Positions 1 through 9,127 of a stretch of DNA of 64,000 bases are shown one piece after another; positions within the stretch are counted from its first letter, which is position 1, and the number at the start of each line of letters is the position of its first letter. The DNA comes from Patescibacteria group bacterium (lineage in GTDB: Bacteria; Patescibacteriota; Patescibacteriia; UBA1558; GWA2-36-10). The stretch is taken from positions 70,796 through 134,795 of the forward strand of contig JBAZKN010000001.1 of the NCBI GenBank assembly GCA_041650755.1. Reading direction: 5' to 3'. The position numbers were made by a program, and so were the translations under genes. The notes under the pieces were generated by a model that did not search any database, was not told the DNA's origin, and was given only the letters and a program-made list of their open reading frames with translations.

Positions 1-124
1 TCAACGCTTGTCGAAATTAGGCGCTAAAATAGAAAGAGTAGAAGATTAACAAAATAAACAGGCATGACTTTGCGTATTTTAGCAGTGGTAAAAATATAAT
101 TTGCATATTAATTTTTAAAATAAA

Positions 125-1390
125 GTGGATCAGTTTAAAACCTTCGCTAATAATCAAAGCCAAAAAAGTACTTGGGAAAAATCAGGCAGATTTTTTGTTT
201 GGGGACTTTTGGTCATTTTAGCCTTTTTCGTCGGTTTGGGAGTCGGTGTCAAACGTCAGCAGCCCGCTTTTACTTCTGAGCAGATAATTAGTCAGGCTAG
301 TGATGAACTGGCTAGCATATTTGGTCAAAATTCCGGAGTGAATATTAGTTTGTTTAAAGAAGTCTGGGACACTATCCATCAGAATTATTTCGATAAAGGC
401 CAAGTCAAAGATCAAGCTTTATTTTATGGGGCATTGGCTGGCATGGTGGATGCTTTGGGTGATCCGCATTCAGTCTTTTTTGATCCCAAGTCAACCAAAG
501 ATTTTGCCCAAGAGTTGAAAGGGTCGTTTGACGGTATTGGCGCTGAGATTGGCAGACGAGACGGCCTGTTGGTGATTGTCGCTCCTTTGTCTGGCTCGCC
601 GGCAGAAAAAGCCGGCCTCAAGGCTGGAGATAAGATATTGGCCATTGATAGCAAAGATGCCACTGAATTTTCCATTGATCAGGCAATTTCTTTGATTCGA
701 GGCAATAAGGGTACTAAAGTCACTCTGACTGTTTTATCCAACGGGGAAAATAAGACCAAAAATGTGACTATTGTGCGGGCTAAAATTGATGTGCCTAGCG
801 TGACCTATCGTTTGGAAGATAGTTTGGCCTTGATCAAGGTAAGCAATTTTAATGAAGAAACAGATGGCCAGTTTGCCAAGGTAGTACAAAAAGTTTTAGT
901 GGATAATCCCAATGGCATTATCTTGGATCTACGCAATAATCCCGGAGGATTTTTGGAAACAGCCGTGTCACTGACCAGTTATTGGCTGGAGCCAGGGCAA
1001 GTGGTAGTTAGGGAGGAGTTTGCTGATAAAAGCCTCAATCAAACCCACCAAGCCGTGCGCAAACCTAGCCTGAGCCGTTTTAAAACCATTGTTTTGGTGA
1101 ATGAGGGTTCTGCTTCAGCCAGCGAAATTTTGGCCGGGGCACTGAAAGATTATGCTTTAGCTACTTTAATTGGCCAAAAAACTTATGGCAAGGGATCGGT
1201 TCAACAACTCATTCCTTTGAGTGATCAGACTTCAGTGAAAATCACAGTGGCCAAATGGCTGACGCCAAAAGGCAACACCATAGACGGCACCGGCATTAGT
1301 CCCGATATAGAAGTTGATTTGACGGCCGATGATTATAATCAAGGGATTGATCCGCAGTTAGATAAAGCCAAGGAATTATTAAAGCAATAA
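125..1390 (+). CDS. ctpA: Carboxyl-terminal processing protease (S41 peptidase) with PDZ domain; N-terminal membrane anchor
   Basis: GTG start; TM helix (FVWGLLVILAFFVGLGVGV); PDZ segment (GLLVIVAPLSGSPAEKAGLKAGDKILAID); S41 catalytic region (VNEGSASASEILAGAL...KTYGKGSVQQ). Confidence 0.85.
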   Translation: MDQFKTFANNQSQKSTWEKSGRFFVWGLLVILAFFVGLGVGVKRQQPAFTSEQIISQASDELASIFGQNSGVNISLFKEVWDTIHQNYFDKGQVKDQALFYGALAGMVDALGDPHSVFFDPKSTKDFAQELKGSFDGIGAEIGRRDGLLVIVAPLSGSPAEKAGLKAGDKILAIDSKDATEFSIDQAISLIRGNKGTKVTLTVLSNGENKTKNVTIVRAKIDVPSVTYRLEDSLALIKVSNFNEETDGQFAKVVQKVLVDNPNGIILDLRNNPGGFLETAVSLTSYWLEPGQVVVREEFADKSLNQTHQAVRKPSLSRFKTIVLVNEGSASASEILAGALKDYALATLIGQKTYGKGSVQQLIPLSDQTSVKITVAKWLTPKGNTIDGTGISPDIEVDLTADDYNQGIDPQLDKAKELLKQ

Positions 1391-1397
1391 TATTTTT

Positions 1398-3008
1398 ATG
1401 CCCCAAACAAAATTTATCTTTATAACCGGTGGAGTTTGTTCTGGTTTGGGTAAGGGTATCGCCTCAGCATCGATTGGGGCGATATTGCGTTCAGCTGGAT
1501 TTTCTGTATTTTCCCTGAAGCTGGACCCTTATCTAAATATTGATCCTGGCACCATGAGCCCCTATCAGCACGGTGAAGTTTATGTGACTGACGATGGAGC
1601 AGAAACCGATCTAGATTTGGGGCACTATGAGAGATTCATCGATGTCAATTTGACCAAATTATCAAATTTGACCACTGGGCAGATTTATGAAAAAGTTTTG
1701 CGCGGTGAGCGTAGCGGAGCATACTTAGGCAAAACCATCCAAATAGTGCCGCATATTACCGATGAAATAAAAAATTATATAAAATTAGCCGCCCAAGAAT
1801 CGCAAGCTGAGTTTGTGCTGATAGAAATCGGCGGCACAGTCGGGGATATTGAGGGCGAGCCATATCTGGAGGCAGCTCGGCAATTTCATCATGAGATGGG
1901 CGGGCATAATGTTTTATTTGTGCATTTGACGCTTTTGCCATTTTTGCGCACCTCGGGCGAGCTCAAGACCAAACCCACGCAAATGTCAGTCAGAGAATTA
2001 TTTCATCGTGGCATACAGCCGGATATTATTTTGGCGCGTTCTGATAAGCCAGTCACCAAAGAAGCGATTGCCAAGATTGCCTTATTTGCTGATGTGGCAG
2101 AAAGTGACGTGATTCCAGCGCCGACGGTGAGGACTATCTTTGAAGTGCCGATTAATTTTGAAAATAAATATAAAATTTCTGAACGTATTTTTTCCAAATT
2201 GGATTTGCCCAAAAGAAAAACTAAGCTTGAGCAGTGGGAAAAGTTGGTCAAAAATATTATCACTAATCATAAAAAGAAATTAGCCATTGCCTTGGTTGGC
2301 AAGTATAATGAAAACCTTGATGCTTATTTGAGCGTCGTTGAGGCATTGAAATCAGCTTGCTATTTTTCCAATGTTGCTTTGGATTTGGTCTGGGTAAATG
2401 CCGCTAAGCTTGAGAAAAAAGATAAGGCCGAATTGGCCAAACTGCAGAAAGTAGCCGGCATTGTGGTGCCGGGAGGATTTGGCCACCGCGGCATAGAGGG
2501 TAAAATCATGGCAGCTAAATATGCTCGGGAACACAAAAAACCATATTTGGGTTTGTGTTTGGGGATGCAGGTGGCTACCATTGAGTTCGCTCGCCATGCC
2601 CTCAATACTTTGGACGCAAATTCTACCGAATTTAATGCCAAGACAGCCAACCCAGTCATTCATATTTTGCCTGGCCACCATGAAGCAGAAGCCAAGGGAG
2701 GCACGTTGCGCCTGGGATCGTACCCTTGCGTTTTGGATAAGGATTCTTTGAGCTTTAAGGCTTATGGCAAGCTCAGGGTAGATGAGCGCCATCGGCATCG
2801 CTATGAATTTAATATGGATTATCGCGAGCGCATGGAAACGGCCGGTTTGCGTATTGCCGGAATCTCGCCGGATAAAAGATTAGTGGAAATAATTGAAATA
2901 AAGGATCATCCGTTTTTTGTGGCTGTGCAGTTTCATCCGGAGTTCAAGTCGCGTCCCTTTAGGCCGCATCCCTTGTTTCGGGACTTCATCAAAGCATCTT
3001 TAAAATAA
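1398..3008 (+). CDS. pyrG: CTP synthase
   Basis: N-terminus FIFITGGVCSGLGKG; C-terminal glutamine amidotransferase domain with GLCLGMQ and HPEF motifs; 536 aa. Confidence 0.95.
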   Translation: MPQTKFIFITGGVCSGLGKGIASASIGAILRSAGFSVFSLKLDPYLNIDPGTMSPYQHGEVYVTDDGAETDLDLGHYERFIDVNLTKLSNLTTGQIYEKVLRGERSGAYLGKTIQIVPHITDEIKNYIKLAAQESQAEFVLIEIGGTVGDIEGEPYLEAARQFHHEMGGHNVLFVHLTLLPFLRTSGELKTKPTQMSVRELFHRGIQPDIILARSDKPVTKEAIAKIALFADVAESDVIPAPTVRTIFEVPINFENKYKISERIFSKLDLPKRKTKLEQWEKLVKNIITNHKKKLAIALVGKYNENLDAYLSVVEALKSACYFSNVALDLVWVNAAKLEKKDKAELAKLQKVAGIVVPGGFGHRGIEGKIMAAKYAREHKKPYLGLCLGMQVATIEFARHALNTLDANSTEFNAKTANPVIHILPGHHEAEAKGGTLRLGSYPCVLDKDSLSFKAYGKLRVDERHRHRYEFNMDYRERMETAGLRIAGISPDKRLVEIIEIKDHPFFVAVQFHPEFKSRPFRPHPLFRDFIKASLK

Positions 3009-3131
3009 GATCCCGCACAGGTCGCTTAGGGTATTTTTTGGATGAAATAAAAAACTATGCTATAATAAATTAACTAATAAACTAAATAAAATAAATTAAT
3101 AATTAAATTTTATATTAACAGGGCAAATAAC

Positions 3132-3893
3132 ATGAAAATAAAAAAATTAGCATTAAATTTAAAAGGCGATACATCAACTTTTATTTTGCGCATCGTTGGC
3201 GTAGTATTATTAGCAGCCGTTTTGATTATTGCAATTGTCAGGGATCGGATAGTCAACCCGCCGCAGTGGCAGGTATCGGTAGTTGGCCAGGGCAAAGTGA
3301 CCTTTGTGCCGGATATTGCCAAAATTAATCTTGGCGTCAGAGTAGACAAGGTAGATAGCGCCGAAGAAGCTTTAAAGCAGATTAATACCAGCATGGGAAA
3401 AGTAATAACAGCCGTCACAGCTTTGGGTATAGACAAAAATGATATCAATACCCAGAATTATGCTTTGTATCCCCAGTACAATAATGTTGATAATATTAGT
3501 TCGGTGATTGGTTATGGCGCCAATGAAGATTTATTGGTGACAGTCAGAGGGATAGACAAGAATAATGATTTGGTTGGCAAAGTGATTTCTGAGGCAAGTA
3601 AAGCTGGGGCTAACCAAGTAAACGGTGTCAGTTTTGAGGCCAGCAATTTGGAGGGTTTGAAGCAACAAGCCAGGATTTTGGCCATTAGCGACGCTCGCAG
3701 CAAAGCCAAACAACTCTCAAGAGTGATGGGTGTGCGTTTGGGCAAGATAGTTAGTTGGTGGGAAAATTATCCAACCCCGTACTATGATGCTAAGGGCGGT
3801 TTGGGAGTAGGCGGCGGCACCTTACCAAGCAGCATTCCGACTGGTAGCGGCGAGATCTCAATGGAGATGAATATTAGTTATCAAATTAAGTAA
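3132..3893 (+). CDS. SIMPL/DUF541 family periplasmic protein (26 kDa periplasmic immunogenic protein-like)
   Basis: N-terminal TM; VSVVGQGKVTFVPDIAKINLGV... and ARILAISDARSKAKQL match the SIMPL-domain pattern. Confidence 0.75.
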   Translation: MKIKKLALNLKGDTSTFILRIVGVVLLAAVLIIAIVRDRIVNPPQWQVSVVGQGKVTFVPDIAKINLGVRVDKVDSAEEALKQINTSMGKVITAVTALGIDKNDINTQNYALYPQYNNVDNISSVIGYGANEDLLVTVRGIDKNNDLVGKVISEASKAGANQVNGVSFEASNLEGLKQQARILAISDARSKAKQLSRVMGVRLGKIVSWWENYPTPYYDAKGGLGVGGGTLPSSIPTGSGEISMEMNISYQIK

Positions 3894-3900
3894 ATTTAAA

Positions 3901-3946
3901 AAAACCGCATTATCGCATTAGACGCGATTAAACGCGGTTTTTTTGA
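3901..3946 (+). terminator. Rho-independent terminator after the SIMPL gene
   Basis: GC hairpin aaccgc...gcggtt followed by a T7 run. Confidence 0.7.
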
Positions 3947-3958
3947 TATTTATTAATA

Positions 3959-3990
3959 TTGACAAAATTAACGAATTATGCTATTATAAT
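3959..3990 (+). promoter_or_regulatory. Sigma70-like promoter (TTGACA-17-TATTAT) in AT-rich DNA, 160 bp upstream of the GC-rich lipoprotein gene
   Basis: Near-consensus -35/-10 with 17-bp spacer, seen directly in the sequence. Confidence 0.4.
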
Positions 3991-4155
3991 ATATTCTTAT
4001 GTTCCTCACAATTTGGCTCTATTTTAAGGCAAATTAAAGCAAAACAGAGGCTAGGCAGTCTCTATAAAGATAAACAGCTGCGATGCTCGCGGCGCAGAGT
4101 CACTGGTTGCGTTCCGCTCAACCCGTTGGGTTAGAGCAGAAAGAGAGAGTGTGAG

Positions 4156-5034
4156 ATGAAGAAGAACGGTTGGTTCAAGGCATGCTTCCCTCTGATCGTG
4201 ATGCTTCTGCTCGCAAGCATCGTCCTGCTCATGCTGGGGTGCAGTCACGAGACGCAGCAGACCACGGCGCAGACCCAGATCGCTCGAGTCGACTCGATCA
4301 TCAAGGCTGCGAAAGATGAGCGGCCCCCGGCCAAGTTCAGAATCTTGGACAGGTCCGAGGCCGAGAAGAAGTTCGATCCGCGGCTGATCAAGGCGTTCAA
4401 CCGTCTAGCCACACAGGAGTTTGCTGCTTGGGAGTTGATCGAGGGTCTGCCGTTCTCTATGACCAGTGGTACGTACATTGTCGGTCAGGATAGCCTGCGT
4501 ACAATGTACTACTGGCTGGTCGATACGGTGATGGACTACAATGCCCAAGTGGGCACCTTTCAAGGCCTTGCCTTCTTGACGCCTGAAGAGTGGCATTCGG
4601 CCTATGAGCTAATGTGGGAGCTTCGGCTTCCGCGGCCGAGTTCTAGGTGCTTCACTCCCACCAGCTACGTGCAGGTGGGTGCACACAACGAGTTGGAGCA
4701 CTTTGGCAATGTTCTGTTCTTCACTGGTGAGCGATTGTACCAGGAGTTGTTCAACATCAACAACGCCTTGATTAACGCCAAGACACATGCCGACTCGTTG
4801 TCGGCGGCTCCGGATTCGCTCAAGCCGGAGCTGGTACAGAGGTACGATCTGATCAAGGATGGAACGACGGTCTATAAGGTGTTGGAGAATCATCCCGACA
4901 AGAAGTGTATCCTGGTGCACCGAGTCAGCGACAAGGAGACAAGGCTCATCTACTATGAAGACTTCCGCCGCGGGGCCAGACTTCTCGCCAAGGGTTCGCC
5001 TGACTGGGTGGAGGCGGTCTGTCGCATCTTCTGA
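4156..5034 (+). CDS. Hypothetical lipoprotein encoded on GC-rich island A
   Basis: RBS agagagagtgtgag; signal peptide plus lipobox MLGC|S; coding GC about 55% versus about 37% background; no recognisable domain. Confidence 0.65.
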   Translation: MKKNGWFKACFPLIVMLLLASIVLLMLGCSHETQQTTAQTQIARVDSIIKAAKDERPPAKFRILDRSEAEKKFDPRLIKAFNRLATQEFAAWELIEGLPFSMTSGTYIVGQDSLRTMYYWLVDTVMDYNAQVGTFQGLAFLTPEEWHSAYELMWELRLPRPSSRCFTPTSYVQVGAHNELEHFGNVLFFTGERLYQELFNINNALINAKTHADSLSAAPDSLKPELVQRYDLIKDGTTVYKVLENHPDKKCILVHRVSDKETRLIYYEDFRRGARLLAKGSPDWVEAVCRIF

Positions 5035-5054
5035 CACCAAGAGCCAACAACAAC

Positions 5055-5094
5055 GCAAAGGGGCGCTGGACCGACATAGGTCTTGAGCCCCTTT
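5055..5094 (+). terminator. Hairpin terminator after the island A gene
   Basis: aaggggc...gcccctt 7-bp stem followed by ttcatttt. Confidence 0.5.
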
Positions 5095-5120
5095 TCATTT
5101 TGCGAAAAAAGGAATTAAAG

Positions 5121-5154
5121 CGGCTCGTCCCGAGCGTAGTCGAGGGACGAGCCG
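5121..5154. terminator. Bidirectional GC-rich hairpin between convergent genes
   Basis: cggctcgtccc gagcgtagtcga gggacgagccg, an 11-bp perfect stem. Confidence 0.6.
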
Positions 5155-5169
5155 CTCAAAGCTTGTAAC

Positions 5170-6387
5170 TTATTTTTTGAGATACGCTTCCAGGCCCAAT
5201 TTAAATATATGCATAGCTGTGCGTAGTTTGTCAGCTGACAAAACATAAGCAATACGCACTTCATTTTTACCTAAACCAGGAGTGATATAAAAATCTTTCA
5301 GAGGCGATATCAGGATAGTTTGTTTTTTGTGGCTAAATTTAGTCAGCATAAAACGAATAAAATCTTCAGTGTCTTTGACCGGCAGCTTGGCCACTTGATA
5401 AAAAGCGCCGGCCGGAGTGTTGCTGACAACATTGGGGATTTTTTTGAGCGCCTGATTGACAATTTGGCTGCGTTTTTGGTAGGTGGTCTTTATTTTTTTG
5501 GTATAGGCCCTAAAATCTTTGATCAGTGGCGTACAGGCGATTTGTTCAATAGTTGGTGCCGATAGTCTGATCATAGCCAGCTTTAGAGCAGCAGACATCA
5601 TCTCCAGATTGTAGCTGGCGATTATCCCTAGTCTGGCTCCGGGGAGGGAAAACCTTTTGGACAGACTATCTATTAGTATAGTGCGCGGTCTGGCGGCAGC
5701 TTGCTGTAAAATACTTTTGGCTCGGCCGGTAAAGACAATTTCCCGGTAAGTTTCATCAGCAATAATAAAAAGATTTTTTTGCCGGGCAATCTCCACAATC
5801 ATTTTCAGCTCTTTGTCTGACCAGACTTTGCCAGTGGGATTATCAGGATTGATGATGATAATAGCTTTGGTTTTTGGAGAAATCTTTTTTAAAATTTCCG
5901 TTTTTTTCGGCAAAGCAAAATTATCAGCTAGTTGCAAAGTGATGGGCACTAGTTTTACCTGGGCCATTTTGGCAAAACCGCGATAATTGGTATATAGCGG
6001 CTCAAAAACAATAATTTCATCATTGGGGTTGGCGACTAGTAATAGAGACCAGAGTATGGCCTCGCCAGCGCCGATGGTGGGTAGAAGATTTTCTGGCTTA
6101 AAATTAAGACCATAGGCAGCATAATATTTTTGCCAAGCAGACACATGTTCGACTAGGCCGCTGGAGGGAGCATAGGGGACTTGTCCGGATTTTATTTTTT
6201 TTAGTGTCTGAAAAAATTTGGGCGGCGGTAAGATATCAGGATCGCCGATATTTATTTTTAAAACCTTGATGCCTCGTTTTTCCGCCTGTCTGACCAGAGG
6301 CAGAAATTTTCTGATCGGAGAAGCGACCAGGCTATTGGTTCTTGACGATAGTATTGGTTTAGACATATATTTTTGTAGAATAATCAT
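5170..6387 (-). CDS. Class I/II pyridoxal-phosphate aminotransferase (aspartate / LL-DAP aminotransferase-like)
   Basis: ASPIRKF N-terminal motif; PLP-lysine context SLSKRFSLPGARLG; NPDNPTG motif. The track start at 6477 runs through the upstream terminator, so the start is more likely 6387 (MIILQKYMSKP) or 6366 (MSKP). Confidence 0.85.
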   Translation of the reverse strand: MIILQKYMSKPILSSRTNSLVASPIRKFLPLVRQAEKRGIKVLKINIGDPDILPPPKFFQTLKKIKSGQVPYAPSSGLVEHVSAWQKYYAAYGLNFKPENLLPTIGAGEAILWSLLLVANPNDEIIVFEPLYTNYRGFAKMAQVKLVPITLQLADNFALPKKTEILKKISPKTKAIIIINPDNPTGKVWSDKELKMIVEIARQKNLFIIADETYREIVFTGRAKSILQQAAARPRTILIDSLSKRFSLPGARLGIIASYNLEMMSAALKLAMIRLSAPTIEQIACTPLIKDFRAYTKKIKTTYQKRSQIVNQALKKIPNVVSNTPAGAFYQVAKLPVKDTEDFIRFMLTKFSHKKQTILISPLKDFYITPGLGKNEVRIAYVLSADKLRTAMHIFKLGLEAYLKK

Positions 6388-6474
6388 AGCATTATTTATG
6401 AAAAAATAAAAACTGATAGAAAGTAAACTCATATAATGTAGCTCAGGTTCTGTTGCAGGGATAATTACATGAAA

Positions 6475-6508
6475 CAAAAAACTGCCGCGCCTAACGCGGC
6501 AGTTTTTT
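6475..6508 (-). terminator. Rho-independent terminator of the zinc-ribbon gene
   Basis: aaaaaactgccgcg cctaa cgcggcagtttttt. Confidence 0.75.
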
Positions 6509-6515
6509 ATGTAAT

Positions 6516-7103
6516 TTATTTTTTCTTTTTAGCGGCTGATTTTTTTGGAGCAGTTTTTGCCTTTTTTTCTTTAGCTGGTTTTTTCGCCTTAATCTCTTTA
6601 ACCGTTGCTATTGGCTCTGTTTTTGTTACTGAATTTTTAGGTGCCAGGATTTTTATTAACTCGTCTATTTTGGCATTTAGTTTTTTGATCTCACTCATGA
6701 CATCCCCGGAATGTTGATTTATATTGCCGCCCTTACCAAAACAGTTATTACAATAAACCGGTTTGCCGGCAGTTGGCCGAAAAGGTATTTGGCAAGTCTG
6801 ACCGCATTTATCGCAAACCGCGTCATAAATTTGTTTACCGCCTCTATCACCACCGAATTTATTTGATCTGGCATTGCCGCCATCTTGTTTACCAAAGCAG
6901 TTACTGCAATAAATTGGTCGGTCACCAGTGGGCTTGAAAGGAACTTCGCAAGCATAGCCGCATTCACTGCAGATAGCTTTGTGCATTGTTTTAGCACCAT
7001 CTCGGCCGCCGAATCTTTTTCCGCCGCCAAATGATTTATTGCCGCCAAAACCACGATTAAAGCCACCCCCTTGGCGGTTGCGGTTTCTATCAAAATTTGC
7101 CAT
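6516..7103 (-). CDS. RGG-box / tandem CxxC(N17)CxxC zinc-ribbon / Lys-rich tail protein, a putative nucleic-acid-binding protein
   Basis: N-terminus GGGFNRGFGGNKSFGGGKRFGG; two copies of C-x2-C-x4-(V/I)PF-x-P-x5-P-(I/V)-YC-x2-CF; coiled-coil segment; C-terminal AKKPAKEKKAKTAPKKSAAKKKK. Confidence 0.75.
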   Translation of the reverse strand: MANFDRNRNRQGGGFNRGFGGNKSFGGGKRFGGRDGAKTMHKAICSECGYACEVPFKPTGDRPIYCSNCFGKQDGGNARSNKFGGDRGGKQIYDAVCDKCGQTCQIPFRPTAGKPVYCNNCFGKGGNINQHSGDVMSEIKKLNAKIDELIKILAPKNSVTKTEPIATVKEIKAKKPAKEKKAKTAPKKSAAKKKK

Positions 7104-7280
7104 ATTATTATGTTTTGAGTTAATTAATGCGCAATTCGTCTAAATCTAACATACTTTGACGCAAATAGCAATTAGAGTGAATATTTATGCGAATGAAAAA
7201 TCAGGTTTTTGACTAGTTTTTGATTTCAATGATTGACATAATAGCCATAATTTAGTATTATTTTATAGTTTTTATAGTGA

Positions 7281-7354
7281 TCGGGGATCGTCTAATGGTA
7301 GGACAGCGGCCTTTGGAGCCGTGAATCTAGGTTCGACTCCTAGTCCCCGAGCCA
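7281..7354 (+). tRNA. tRNA-Gln (anticodon TTG)
   Basis: Acceptor tcgggga/tccccga with U1-A72; U8; T-arm ctagg ttcgact cctag; anticodon loop ctTTGga; discriminator G plus encoded CCA. Confidence 0.85.
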
Positions 7355-7450
7355 AGCGAACGAAGTGAGCTTGGTTCGAAACTTCAAAGGATGCTCCGCA
7401 ATAGGCGGAGCAACCTAAGATGCTGCGCAATAGCGCAGCGCCCCGAGCCA
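7355..7450 (+). repeat. Reiterated tRNA-Gln 3'-end-derived unit with hairpins, copies R1 and R2
   Basis: atgctccgcaataggcggagc at 7391-7411 and atgctgcgcaatagcgcagcgCCCCGAGCCA at 7420-7450, which ends with the same 10 nt as the tRNA 3' end tccccgagcca. Confidence 0.7.
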
Positions 7451-7530
7451 TGCACCACCCATTCTCTCGCTATCACTCAATAATTTCGGGTGCATGGCAA
7501 AGCCACTGGGGTGAAAGGATACGTAGTGCA

Positions 7531-7613
7531 TGCAATGAACCCTAGCGTAGCGCATGGTTCATTGCAACAAAAACAAAATGATATGCTGCGCAATAGCGCA
7601 GCGTCCCGAGCCA
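7531..7613 (+). repeat. Third copy of the tRNA-3'-end repeat (R3) preceded by a perfect 11-bp hairpin
   Basis: tgcaatgaacc/ggttcattgca hairpin at 7531-7566; atgctgcgcaatagcgcagcgTCCCGAGCCA at 7583-7613, 30/31 identical to R2. Confidence 0.7.
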
Positions 7614-7695
7614 ATCAGTATGAGCATATAATCAAAAAAACAGAGTTGAAATCCCTGTTTTTATTTTTTATTGATAATTATAAAAATAAAAAAAG

Positions 7696-7736
7696 AGAGG
7701 TCTGTGGATGCGTGCGGCGCATCCAGAGCAGACCTC
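7696..7736 (-). terminator. Strong nested-hairpin rho-independent terminator for the minus-strand island B gene
   Basis: agaggtctg [tggatgcg tgcg gcgcatcca] gag cagacctct, followed on the minus strand by a T-rich run. Confidence 0.7.
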
Positions 7737-7765
7737 TCGAGTTCACAGCCACCCCTCAATCACTA

Positions 7766-7792
7766 GATGAGGGTGCAGAGGAGGAGTGGCTA
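7766..7792 (+). repeat. Left copy of a direct repeat bounding GC island B
   Basis: ATGAGGGTGCAG 12/12 identical and about 21/27 over the extended match to 9945-9971. Confidence 0.55.
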
Positions 7793-8143
7793 CGGCAGGT
7801 CTCCCAGCCAGCCGTCATCGCCGTATTCGGTCTCGATGTAGATCGAGACCAGACAGAGCCAATTGAACGCCGTCCGCGCCCAGTTGAACTCCTTGGCGGT
7901 CTCGCAGTAGATGCTGTCGAACACATCGGCCTGGGCGTTCGTCGGACCGATGATCGACATCATGCTCTCGATCGCGGTGATGACAGCGGTGGCCGGCGGC
8001 GAAGCGACAGCGGGCATCATCGTCGTCAGGACGATCTCGTTCGGCTGCGGCGGCATGGTCGCGTTGTGCTGCGGCAAAGGCACGGCCATCAAGACCGTGA
8101 TCGCCAGCGTGCACAAGCCGATCAAAACGACATTCCTCTTCAT
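7790..8143 (-). CDS. Small secreted protein (signal peptide) on GC island B, hypothetical
   Basis: RBS cgaggagaggaac before ATG at 8143 (MKRNVVLIGLCTLAITVLMAVPLPQ...); about 60% GC; track ORF trimmed to this start; the long plus-strand ORF 7490..8206 is an antisense artefact. Confidence 0.6.
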   Translation of the reverse strand: MKRNVVLIGLCTLAITVLMAVPLPQHNATMPPQPNEIVLTTMMPAVASPPATAVITAIESMMSIIGPTNAQADVFDSIYCETAKEFNWARTAFNWLCLVSIYIETEYGDDGWLGDLP

Positions 8144-8231
8144 GTTCCTCTCCTCGCGTTGGTGGGGAAGCTGGACGCAAATCAAAGAACCTGGGTTACC
8201 GGCTGATAGATTCCTCCTTTCCCGAGGGACG

Positions 8232-8921
8232 TTAGCGAAACAGAGCTGTTTGCCTGGGCGCTACGATGCCTGGGTCCAGCGCGATGCTGGCGACTTGAGC
8301 GCCGAGGTATCGGCGCTCTACTAGCACCCAGACGATCTTTTTGGTTCCGTCCGGCTCTTGCGTATTGAACGCATTGTTGCTGAACTCCACCACTTGCCTG
8401 CGGCTATCGCACAAAGGCTCTCTTCCTCTTTGTTCTTGGAAGCACAGAACGCCACTGTCGCTGACAGGGATGGTCGAAGAGTCAGCGGTCGAGATGTACA
8501 GGGTGATTGTGCCTCGGCGGAAGAGAATCTTGTAGTCGTCTGGCATGGTGATGGCCAGGCGATACACTACCAGGTTGGGGTTGGTGACCAACTTGGACAG
8601 GAGATAGTCGGAGCGGGGATGCGGGGTGATAGGCTTACCATCCGGGTCAACGCCAGTCATCAATTGCTTGATACCGGCCATAGATGCTGGGACACCGCGA
8701 TCCCTGAACAACTGGTCAAGCTCTTGTATGCGCCTGTCGTACCATTGCTTGGGATCGCCCCAGCCGCTGTTCATGGTAGAGAAGATCACGTCTGGAGTCA
8801 GGCTAGGTAGCGGAGTGTAGGTGATGTCCGTCGGCCTGCCAGCGATTGCCGCTGTGTCTAGCAGTCCAAGGCCGCAAAAGACAATCAGCGACAGGATGAG
8901 GAAAGCGACTCTTCTCAACAT
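8232..8921 (-). CDS. Secreted hypothetical protein (230 aa) on GC island B
   Basis: AGGAG RBS 7 nt before ATG at 8921; signal peptide MLRRVAFLILSLIVFCGLGLLDTAAIAG; about 60% GC. Confidence 0.65.
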   Translation of the reverse strand: MLRRVAFLILSLIVFCGLGLLDTAAIAGRPTDITYTPLPSLTPDVIFSTMNSGWGDPKQWYDRRIQELDQLFRDRGVPASMAGIKQLMTGVDPDGKPITPHPRSDYLLSKLVTNPNLVVYRLAITMPDDYKILFRRGTITLYISTADSSTIPVSDSGVLCFQEQRGREPLCDSRRQVVEFSNNAFNTQEPDGTKKIVWVLVERRYLGAQVASIALDPGIVAPRQTALFR

Positions 8922-9127
8922 GTTGGTACTCCTTCTGCCCCTTTGGGGCAATGAGGGGTTGCTTTTCAAAGAACCGATTGGCTGGCTTTTGGCCGCCATT
9001 ATGTCAACTCTCGTTAACTCTTTATATAAATACTTACGTGGTTTTTTGTCAAGACTTGACCTTTTGCATAGACAAAAACCCCACTAAGTGAGGCCTTTTA
9101 TCATTATTTGGGTTATTTTCTTGGGAT

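Noticed and set aside
5170-6477. Longest-ORF start for the aminotransferase at 6477
   Set aside because: The first 30 codons (MFHVIIPATEPELHYMSLLSISFYFFINNAM) would be translated through the upstream gene's terminator hairpin. The conserved ASPIRK N-terminal motif begins right after M31/M38, so a start at 6387 or 6366 is preferred.
6469-7093. Plus-strand ORFs 6469..6717 and the antisense ORF 6719..7093
   Set aside because: They are opposite-strand shadows of the zinc-ribbon gene and its poly-Lys tail, and the first also runs through the terminator hairpin. The Phe/Leu-rich translation is typical of antisense poly-Lys/AAA codons.
7490-8206. 238-aa plus-strand ORF rich in Arg/Asp/His (RRRSDSGHHRRQDDL...)
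   Set aside because: It is the antisense reading of the GC-rich minus-strand genes 7790..8143 and the terminator region. It has low-complexity composition and no RBS. The real genes are on the minus strand with GGAGG RBSs and signal peptides.
8341-8820. Plus-strand ORFs 8341..8535, 8358..8810 and 8626..8820 inside island B
   Set aside because: They overlap the better-supported minus-strand secreted-protein gene 8232..8921 (RBS, signal peptide). High GC creates long spurious ORFs on the opposite strand.
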